A stretch of DNA of 64,000 bases from Blasia pusilla (lineage: Eukaryota). Position numbers and translations under genes: made by a program. Positions within the stretch are counted from its first letter, which is position 1. Each line of letters starts with the position of its first letter. The stretch spans positions 47,492,001 through 47,556,000 of the forward strand of contig CM114271.1 in NCBI GenBank assembly GCA_050084515.1, written 5' to 3'. This document shows positions 1-9,822 of the stretch, piece by piece. The notes below the pieces were generated by a model, which worked only from the letters and a program-made list of their open reading frames with translations, searched no databases and was not told where the DNA came from.

Positions 1-420
1 TCTTAACTCTTTGAAGAGTAATAACATTCCACTCTTCGAAGTAATTCCACTCCTCAATGAAAATTCAAATGATATCTCAATCCCCTAAATAATTTCACCT
101 TTCAATAAAATTTAAACATAATCTACTCCTTCTCAATATTCGTTTTCCCTCTCATTACATATGAAGTAAGGGACAAAATTTTAATTTTCTGGCTATTTTT
201 TCTAGAATTTAACATATTTTGTCTTATTATACACCTAGATCACATATTATATTATGAATAAAATAAATCATAAGTCAATTAAAATATTTATTTCCCTCTT
301 ACACTTCAATTCTTTGTCTCTACCCATCTAATGTGACTCAAGGAACAAAATTCAAACATATTTCACTCTTGTCTTATTATTCTACTACTTTGTCTTATTG
401 TACATAAGGATCGCCCATTA
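1..420 (+). repeat. AT-rich dispersed repeat (MITE-like), copy 1, cut by the window start
   Basis: Bases 1-130 closely match the reverse complement of ~20010-20145 (e.g. aagtaattccactc..caat..aaaattcaaatgatatc..caatcc and acctttcaataaaatttaaaca). The end ttgtcttattgtacataaggatcg matches the reverse complement of ~19757-19785. Confidence 0.75.
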
Positions 421-860
421 CAAGATAGATAGAAGATAGATAGATAAGAAAGATACTTCTCAAATCCTAACCCATTTTGAAACTAACATTGCTCATCGAC
501 TACTAACACGTTTGAGTAGTCGCGTTCCATGTCAAGTGATGACAAGAGACTTTGGGTAGCAAAGCGCTATGAAGAATTCTATAACTATGTGCATAATTTT
601 TAGACTCACTAGAGTAGATCCATGGTTTGGATTACTAGTCTAAACTTGTGTAATGTACAAATTTAAACTATTTTTCATAATTAACTTTTATGGTCCCAAT
701 TATAGTGTGTTTTTTAATAAAATTTGTAATTGTAAACATCCCTTTAGTTGGAGCGTCATCCGACATTAAAATTTACTCAAAAAAATATATTTATATATAT
801 TTTTAAAAATATAATACTCATGATAAACTTTGAGATGGGGTGGGCGATCCCTACCCACTC

Positions 861-936
861 TCAAAAAGCCCCAAAGTTTTTAATTGTGATTTAAAATTTC
901 AAAAAGCCCCAAAGTTTTTAATTGTGATTTAAAATT
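861..936. repeat. 38-bp tandem duplication
   Basis: tcaaaaagccccaaagtttttaattgtgatttaaaatt occurs at 861 and 899. Confidence 0.9.
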
Positions 937-1196
937 GCGGCACTTTGTGAGGGGTGGTAGGGAAAGTAATTAATGAACGGGTGAAAAGTCAAAATGGAAA
1001 GGAAGAAAAGGAGAGTGTACGCACTGCGTAATTATTTTTGATGAATGAATAACCTATATTACTATAGGAGGGCGCTTTTTTGATTTACAAACAAATGGCG
1101 CCTGGGAAATAAAAAAAATTTCACATACTAAAGAAAAAAATGAGTTTAAATGCACCATCATTAGTCCCTTCCTCTCATGGATTATGCATTAGTAAA

Positions 1197-1410
1197 AATT
1201 CTTTAAATTCTGGATACAATACACTTAAAAAACTAGCTAAACATTTTTTTATTTCAATTAATAGTAGGGAAGAAAAGAACTCTCCGAAAGCAATAATCAC
1301 GCAGCAAGAATTCTTTAAATTCTGGATACAATACACTAAAAAAACTAGTTAAACCTTTTTTTATTTCCATTAATAGTAGGAAAGAAAAGAACTCTCCGAA
1401 ATAATCACGC
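1197..1410. repeat. ~112-bp tandem duplication
   Basis: aattctttaaattctggatacaatacact...gaaaagaactctccgaaa..aataatcacgc starts at 1197 and at 1309. Confidence 0.9.
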
Positions 1411-1579
1411 TGTCCCAAGAATATATACATTTTTAAATACGTTATAAGAATATTTTCTAGCTCGTGAAACGCCGCACCCGGCCCGGGAAACGAAGTGGGA
1501 AGAGGTTCGCTCGCTCCCGCGCACACGGAGCTCTTGGAAGCCGGAGGGCAAGCATTCTCGTGCAGAGGGCTTCATTGGC

Positions 1580-3860
1580 GCCAAATGGTCGAGTAACACG
1601 AATCCTGTGGAGTGGTTCGTCCAGATGCGCGGCTGCTAGCTTAGGGTGTGCTAGGGGTGTCGGAGCCGAACGACGTACTCTACGGCTGCGCTACTCTATG
1701 CTGTGCCCATGTGCATAGCGGCCATCTTTCAATTCAAATTGTCGGAAGAAAAATTTAACCGGAAGGATCGGAGGAGCGGGTATGGAGAAATCGCCTCAAA
1801 TCGGAACACCGGCACGACCTCGATGGCAACACCGCACGCTTGATGTCTGGTTCAAGAAGTGGATCCGGGCTCACTTCATATCGTAGTTCGTCCGTCCGCT
1901 TGCTCTTTTGGTGAAACGCTCAGTAGCCAGATGATGCTCTGAATCGACGAGCGAACGGGGGGAGTTCAGTCTACTTCCAGGGAGACCGTCCTTCACGCGA
2001 ATGAAGAGTCCTCTTGTCAACCTGCTCTCGTTTGCTGCTGCTCTTGGAGGAATGTGAAGACTGTGACCTTTCCTTCTCCGAGACCGAATTCCCCTTGTTC
2101 TTAAGATTATCTGCCTCTTCCTGCTCCAGAGCCGGCTCACCGTTCACTTCTTTCTTGAGAGCCATTACTTCTAAATCCTCAGGTACGCGTGAACTAGAAT
2201 CCCTCGATCGATCAGCAGCTGTGTGTATCTGGGAACGACTGCTCTAATTTAACTTTCTGGTTACCTGACCCGCGAGCCGTCGCGATTGCGATGAAAAGTA
2301 CAAGACCAGTGCACGCCGAGGACTTGAGCACCGAGCGCTACTTACCGCAGGTTTCACGTTGCCAGAAACTGAATGAAGATTGCCGGAGCTCTTGGAGTCA
2401 GATTCAGGTGGTCCGATTCACCTGCAGGCGTTGCCCTATTCCATGACTCAGGCCGCCTCCTGATTTACGCATTTTCAGGTTTGGAGAGTGGATGAAATCG
2501 TTGCGACGCTCACCAGAATGCAAGGGGATCCCACTGACATTCTCGCAGAGGTCGACTTTCTCACTTACCCAGGTATCGTAAGCATAAACGCGCAACACCT
2601 AAACGCAACACAATCCAATTCGGGATGAGAATCACTTGCCACCACCAACTTGCAACTGAAGCGGATCCCATGCCAAGTTGTCGATGACTACTGCGACCCC
2701 GAGAATCCAAGCATTCCGGTAACGATAGAACCACCGGAGGCCAAAGAGTAGTTGTTCGTGGATGCAGCAGTTCTCCAAGCAACGACGAAAAATCGAGTTC
2801 ACCGTGAACGAAATCGCCCCGAGAGCGTGAAGCGGACGGGAGGAAGCAAGTGCTAACTCTTGGGATTTGTTGTCGACTATAGTGCGCCAAGAATGTAAAG
2901 TGAAGCGCGCCGTAGTGAAACGGGAGTCAGCAGGGCGATAAAGCGGTGCGCGGAGACTCGAAACTAGAAATCCAATGCTACACAGGAACTGACCATCCGT
3001 TCATCCTTTCCTCGGTTCGGATCCGAAGAGACACCGAGAGGTTGTCGATGTAACCGTCTCTTTAGTTAGTGCCCTGCTGGATCCATCTCCCCCTTTCGCT
3101 AGCTAGCAAGCATCTACACGATTCCTTCCACTTCATCTGGGATTCTGATCGGAAAATGCCAGTTATGGCAAGTAAATAGAAAGCCACCGACGCTAAGACG
3201 TTGGCTAGCGTCTACACTATGTCAGCCCCTTCATCTGACACTCTGGTTTGGAAATTCGCGGCACTAGAAAGAAGATAGGTAGCAACCAACGACAAGAAAC
3301 AGACAGGTACGATGTCATCACACTTCATCTGAGATTGTGATCAGAGGAATTCCGGTCATAGAAAACTCGACAAGGAAGGGGGAGAGGCGCAGTCAAACTG
3401 GGAAGAAATCAACGAAACCTTAAAGTGGTGAAATAGTCAAAAATGGATCCCACGAACGTTTATGCATCACTTCTAACATCCTTTAGAAGTATAAGGGCCT
3501 CCTTCACTTTCCACTAACACTCCTCCCAACATCTCTTAAGAAGTAGAAGGGACTCCTTCACTTTCCACTAACACTCCTCCTAACATCCCTTAAGAAGTAG
3601 AAGGGACTCCGTCACTTTCCACTAACACTCCTTCTAACATTCCTTAAGAAGTAGAAGGGACTCCTTCACTTTCCACTGCTTTAGCACCCTTCAAGGCCCA
3701 AACTAAGGTATGGCATTACCACTTATACCCTAAAGCACTGCACGCCCAAGCCCCTGCTCAAGTCAAAGCCTAAATCGACTTTCAAAGCTACCGTGCAGAA
3801 CTGGAAGCTTGCTGGCATTGGGATTGGACGATCGACCTAGCACCAGCCTTTGAAATCATT
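1580..3860 (-). mobile_element. Degenerate, probably nested LTR-retrotransposon remnants
   Basis: On the minus strand, CA-ended segments are followed by PBS-like TGGCGC at ~2890 (..ctttaca ttct tggcgc) and ~1583 (..gacca tt tggcgcc). Broken charged/Ser-rich ORFs at 1871-2165 could be a gag start. No RT or integrase motifs were seen. Confidence 0.35.
3469..3677. repeat. 54-bp minisatellite, about 4 copies
   Basis: The unit cc(t/g)tcactttccact recurs at 3501, 3555, 3609 and 3663, and the intervening sequence ...aacatcccttaagaagtagaagggact is also conserved. Confidence 0.92.
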
Positions 3861-4845
3861 TAGCAAAAACCAATGTTAGAGCTCTCGGTTGCCCAACTGT
3901 CACATGACTTGTTTCCTTTCTCCCCCTCCAGTATTTGACGATGTCGCTAACCTCCGGAACATCCACACTCCTCCGAGGTACGAACCCCTCGCAGCGCCAA
4001 TAGGTAGTGGCGCTGTGATCTGTCTTGTGGATGGGTCGTTGGAGAGGGAAACTCGTAGTCGTGCTTCCGCATTGGTGAGATCTCTCACGGGTCCATGGAA
4101 TCGACGTCGGATTCGAGAGCTCATGACGGAACGTAAGGAGACTGCCTTTGTGAAACAACGAGAGAGGGCTGCTGTGACTGACTCGTCTATCTGCGGAGAA
4201 GCTGGATGGTAATTCCACGCCACTCTTCCGACATCGGTGAACCCGATCCGATCAGTTGGATCGAAAACAACCCGGAACAACAAGTCAACCGATTAGAGCA
4301 AAGCTCTCCACGACTCATCAGCAGGTCTCGAAAGTGAAAGTACATGGGAGCCGCCATCAAAACTATTTTCAAAATTATGGCTGAATTACGACGACTCCCC
4401 TCGATCGTTGGGGATCGATCTTTGATTTCTCTCCAGGACAGGCCAACGACACCGGTGCGTGAAAACGATCAAAGCAGAATATCCTCCAGACCACAATCTA
4501 CAGACAGCAGTCACGGCCGTGTCGCTCCTAACCCAGAGAGAGAAACAGGTCCGCGCGCACTTTCTCTGTTTGATGATATCGCGGGACCGCGGGATATCAT
4601 GTGATAGTTCACTCGCACCGATGTCAGCGACAATGACGAGAAGGGATTCGGGAGATGAACAGCGGCGCAACAACAGGATGTTTCATTGCCCACCTCCACT
4701 GAAGACTGACGTTATTCCTCAGAAAGCTGGTAGAATTGTAAGAGTGAAGTTTTCGACCATTAACTTCAAACGTACCGCGAAGCTCACAAACCTGTGACGG
4801 TGACAGCAAATTCTAGCCGAGATTTTTCAGCCGAGGCGTTCGACA

Positions 4846-5418
4846 TTACTCAGGCGTGTGTATGGGATTAGATATCAGTTGAACTTGCGAAATGCACATA
4901 GCGTATCCAATTCCCTTTCTGGCGGGAGGTGAGAAAGCGAAGATGAAACCGACGATGCAAGCGAGAAGAAGGGGAACTGATTTCCTCACGTTGGACGCGA
5001 GGGATCCGTAGAAACAGTTGGTGATATCCTTTGAAAGAAGAGTGAGGGTGAGGAACACCACGACTGCGAGAGCTGCGTTAATGAAGTCCTGGCCATTTAG
5101 CAAATACTTCGTCCCTCCCCCGGTGTAGATGGATCCAGAGATGTCTGCCACTCCGCTGCTTTGAAACATTGGGTTCCAGAGTCCTTTGGGCGTTACAAAT
5201 CCGTAGTAGAGTTTCCCGTCCTCTGCGACGAAGCTATCGCTGAAGCAGAGGACCGCGCAGAGCAATACGAAGAGGAACAGGGCGTTGGCTGTCAGTACTT
5301 GCTCGGTAACGCCGCACAATCCATCGTTAGTTGTGATCGGTGCCAGTAGTTGGAACGCCAGATAGGTTCCCGTGGGAAGCAGATTCGCGATATTGCTCAG
5401 CATATCGGGACTCGTCAT
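4846..5418 (-). CDS. DMP: DMP (DUF679) membrane protein
   Basis: The ORF carries DUF679 motifs ANLLPTGTYLAFQLLAP, CFSDSF...GKLYYGFVTPKGLW, DFINA, C-FY and the C-terminal RKGIGY, with four hydrophobic segments. The first ATG is at 5418. A probable short 5' intron (gtgagg...tgtacag) spans ~5518-5448. Confidence 0.9.
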   Translation of the reverse strand: MTSPDMLSNIANLLPTGTYLAFQLLAPITTNDGLCGVTEQVLTANALFLFVLLCAVLCFSDSFVAEDGKLYYGFVTPKGLWNPMFQSSGVADISGSIYTGGGTKYLLNGQDFINAALAVVVFLTLTLLSKDITNCFYGSLASNVRKSVPLLLACIVGFIFAFSPPARKGIGYAMCISQVQLISNPIHTPE

Positions 5419-7624
5419 GATGCTGCGTAGATTTGTGACTTCACAACCTGTACACACCAAAATTCCGAAGTGCGGGAGCGAGGAGCCGGCAAAAGAGATG
5501 ATCAAATGCCTCCTCACCTTGTTGATAGACTATACTCAGAAGTAGTGTCGGATCGCACGCACAGAGGGAGCGAGCGAGCGGGCGAGAGAGGGAGAGAGGT
5601 TTGGCAATCTCACAATTGGAAAGCGTGTCCACTGCGGTACCGAACTGAAGTAAATAGTCTTAGATCGGCTGATGTAGACTCAAAACTTAGTTCGAAGTCG
5701 TAGCTGGAACTTCCCGAATTGAGGTTTGCCACGGGTATGACAGTGCAGATAGATAGACCTCCTCCGTTGCGGTCTCCACACAACAAAGTGTTTAACCATC
5801 TAGCGTAATTTCCACGATCATCATGAGTGGGGGAACGTGAGAGATCTTTTGCGTGTCCTTTCCTTCCGCTGTTCGCGGGCGCCTTAAGGCAGCTTCTTCC
5901 CCGTGGAACTCGGCCAGCATTTTGGAGTAATGCGCGGACACACCAGGATCGGGGAGTCTCGATCTTCGCCTACCTTTAATTACGATGGTCATGGATAGGC
6001 CCTGGCTCCGTACGGTGGTTATATTCTTCACGAAGGATCCGGCATCCATTAACGCTTCGACCACGCTGCCCCACGCACTCCGGCCCTTCCAAATACTACT
6101 GAGAGGAACGTTTGTGAGCTCTCTTCTTAGCTTTTACTGCGAATTCCTGCACGGTAAGAGAATTCCTCGATCGATGACATCCGCTACTGTGTGTGTCTGG
6201 CAGTGGACCCACCATGAGAACGTACCATAGCGTAACCAAGCCCGTATTCAATGGCAAGCAAATACGACAATCTGTTGTAACTTACAACTTACAATCTGCA
6301 CGAAGTAATGCATCCCTTTCACTTCTTCGCGGGAGAAATAGAGAAAAGGCAGCATAGAGAACTTGGAATAGGGGAAATTGTCAAGAAACCAATTTTCTTC
6401 GACGAGGTGTCGTTCAAGCGATGGCATCGTGAGGAAAACACATGCCGACGAACGCTCACAACATTTTTAGCAATAACACTGAAATAGTCGGATCAACAGT
6501 TCAGAAATTTGTGTGTTTGGAAATGGAGACAATTTAGGATGCGGATCACGAAAAGGGCAGTCTTATCCTTTCCTTCTGTTCAGCGCAGAATGGCCACAAC
6601 TCGAAGCAGACGTTTCAAGATTCGCTATCGGCTCCCAAAATCGCAAAGATCGCTCGAACGTCACTGAGGTGACGAACAGAGTCGACAAACATGTACACGC
6701 GATCACGGCCAAAATATGGCTGGCTGAGTACTGTTTCTCAACGTCCTCTGTCCAGTTACGTGTGCTGCTATTAATCCATCGTGCATCCTTTCTCTTCCCA
6801 AACTTGAGGCATCCCTGGACTCACTCCAAGATTTCCGCGCGCTGCTGCTACACGGATAGAGATGTCCTCACGTGAAACTGAGTTTGCCGGTCGCTCCAAA
6901 CATCTTGTCATTCTCCCGCAGCCTTCGATCATGGCTTTTTGAAGCAGTGTCAAAACGATATCGTCCACACAGCCCTACACATTTTCGCTATGTCCTCAGC
7001 TCCAATCTAATTTCATTCCAGTCAATCTTGAAGACATTGGTCCTATTCGTCGGTCCATCTCCTCGAACGTGGAGATCGTTCAACTTTGCACCCCATTCCC
7101 AAATCCCTTTTACCATTCATAATAAATGTAGGTAGTGTTTCGCGTGTTATGTTTTCTTCACGACTTCACCTCCACTGTTTTCGAAGGACTCCGGCGGTCA
7201 CAAATTACAGTTCCACCGGTGAGGCCTCCACCGGACATGTTACCGCCTTGAACACGAGAAACAGTCACACTTGTAAGAACTCCGAACAAAATTCGCCTCG
7301 TGAGATAGCGAGGATTGATGTTTCTTTCCCCAAAGAGGCTCAACGGTCAGATTTATCAGAGCTTGAACCAGACTTTGTAGCCGAGCGAGACACGAAATGA
7401 AGACGGAGAGGAGAGTTGCTGATTATGTAAATGAAAAAAAGTTTGCGCTTGCGATTTGGTGGCCGAGTCGTGCAGGGCTGTGATTCGTCGAGCCTGGTGA
7501 ACATACTATCGACGGGACCAGAACTAAACTACTCAGCAAATCGCAGCATTCGCACAAGTGCTCTTCAGGTCATCGACGATGTGAAAAAAGAAGCTAGAAG
7601 CTGCTCTCGCCCCAAAAACAGTCT

Positions 7625-8195
7625 CGTGTACGGACATCGCCGTCATGTCTTGCAGCCACAGTCCAGGAGAAGCACCAGTCACTGCAGTGGAACATAGGTA
7701 AAGTCCACAAGTAGACGGGACTGGTAGACATCTGCCATTCCAAAGCGGAAACCAGTGCGTTGAAATAGGCTCCTCTCTGATGATCGTAGCGAGGTCGTGC
7801 CTGAAGTGTAGTTTATCGAGATTGCATTCCACTCGTCTTCTAGCCGGGTATGGGACACGATGGATCTCCCTTTCTCAGACAATCTTCGCAGTCTAGAAGC
7901 GTTCTCATCCTCCCCGCTCTCACTTCAGCAGCCTTTTCTGATGCTTCATCTTCAATTTGAACGGGAAAAGGCTCGTAAACTATAAGGTCTGTGGCGGAGA
8001 GGAGTTGCAGGGCCGCTAGAAAAAACTCTGAGGAAGTCAGTATTCGCAAACACGAAATGTACTCAGAGTGACCCAGGATCGTAGCCCTAACACGCACATT
8101 CCAGTCGGACGTTCAAGGTGTGCAGGACTGCGCCTGCAATTGGCACGTCAAATTTGCACTCATAAATTGCAGGGACGTTCGGAGCTACATTAGCG
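7625..8195 (-). pseudogene. Acyl-activating enzyme (AMP-binding, plant AAE clade I-like) gene fragment
   Basis: Across frameshifts it reads APNVPAIYECKFDVPIAGAVLHTLNVRL, EDEWNAISINYTSGTTS (AMP-binding motif) and SPVYLWTLPMFHCSDWCFSWTVAAR. Both ends are missing and the frame is broken several times. Confidence 0.85.
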
Positions 8196-8619
8196 CCCGC
8201 TTGTTTCCCGATGCATTATGATGAGGTCCTTAGGATGAAGATCATCATCTCTTTCAGCAACGACATACCCACTCTCTACGCACATCCACTTCATTAATGC
8301 CCAGCAAGAGACGCAAATGCTTTTCATTCGCAGACAAAATTCTTTTCTCCGCAAGTCAGCTTAACTACAAATCTGCACGATGCTGGAGAGCATTTGGGAA
8401 AATGAAGGGCTCTACACCTATCGACACAAGATCTCCAGTTCTCTGAATTGCCTACCATCACAACGGGCTGTACCAACCCAACGGTCGATGCTAACGCAGA
8501 ACTACCTTTTCATAATCACCGGAGAGTCTTGAATCAATGATTTCAGCCCCACACAAGAAACCAACGGACCATCGGAGATATCGATCGCAGACAGAACCAT
8601 CAGAATCCGTTGTCACCTA

Positions 8620-9150
8620 CTTCGGTTGTGCGAGCCCAAGTGGTAGCACAAGGGACATTGCAGTGGTCAAGAAGACCCACATTTATAGTCGACTTCATGA
8701 CGGACATCGATTTATCCCCCTAGCCATTAAGATGTACGGGGCGATGGGGGAGAGGTTTGACTCATTCCTTATGGATTGCACCCATCCTCTCCAGTCGAGA
8801 AATGGGTTATCCTTAGCCACTGCGATACTTTATTGTAGGCAACGGGTCTCCATAGCTTTGCAGCGCGCCCAGGCAAATGGGCTTATGCGGCGGGCTCAGG
8901 CGGTTGGAGACGCCAATGCTAGAGGTCCACTTAGTAGTAGTCACAGTTCTCTAGGTGTTGCTGATATTGTCTCTGCTGTTGGTGATATTGGTCGTTAGGG
9001 GGGAAGGCCCCCTTCTTTCTCCTCGGGGTCGGTTCCGGCCTCTTGAGGTCTATTTTTTGGGTCTCCATGCCCCCTCTTTTGTATCGTGATGGGTTTCCCA
9101 TCCTTTTTCTACATATATATATATTATTCATCTTCGGTTGTCTCGATTGC
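8620..9150 (+). mobile_element. 3' fragment of a non-LTR retrotransposon with a restriction-like endonuclease (CRE-clade-like)
   Basis: ORF 8537-8998 contains K..Y...HRFIPLAIKMYGAMG...RQRVSIALQRAQA, the pattern of the C-terminal RLE region (F.PL..E..G..G ... R.S.ALQR). It is followed by a short 3' UTR and a (TA)n tract. No RT domain is present, so it is 5'-truncated. Confidence 0.6.
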
Positions 9151-9822
9151 AGTTTGCGCAGGACATTCATCCGTGTGACGGCTGAATCCAAGAGAGATCG
9201 TGGATGGGGTTTGAGGAATCCCATTAAAAGAGGATGGGGTTTGAGTTGAGATCAGGTTCTCAAAATATCTCAACTCAAATCCATATGCCTTCCTCCCACC
9301 CCTCTCGAAGGGCTCCGCACTAGTTTTCTAAAATTTTGTTATAAATATAACTATTGAATTTTTCTTTCAACTTTTTACAAAAACTTTTAAATGTGGGTAA
9401 TACATGCTAACAAGGATTACCATCGTTTAGATCTTTAGGATTTGGAACGAAACGATCGATGAATCGAGAGAGAAAACAATCTTAAGCGGGTCCTTTTTGG
9501 GCTCTTTTCAACACGACTAACATCATGTCAAAAATATCCAAGGGTGAAAAAATCACCGTGCGAGAAAGACTTAAATCTATGTTTTGTTTTAATTTTTAAC
9601 GGAAGAGCTAACAAGAGAGCACATTGTGATGGTAATTTAAGCCTAATTTATCCTAGTTGAAATTGAATGATTTTATTAATGTACTAGTAAGGTGCCCATG
9701 AGATGCACGCCCACCTTACTAGTACATTTCGTATTCCCTCGTACGGGTGTAAGAGGGAATACGAAAGATGCAAATAGGCAGGAAGGAATCAATTTTTCTG
9801 ATCTGATTTTTAAATATTTATT

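Noticed and set aside
3469..3677. CRISPR-like array
   Set aside because: The whole 54-bp unit repeats with no unique spacers, the context is eukaryotic and there are no cas genes.
3870..4800. Overlapping ORFs of 86-127 aa as a gene
   Set aside because: No recognisable domain or consistent splice model was found. They may be decayed gag-like sequence, but this is unsupported.
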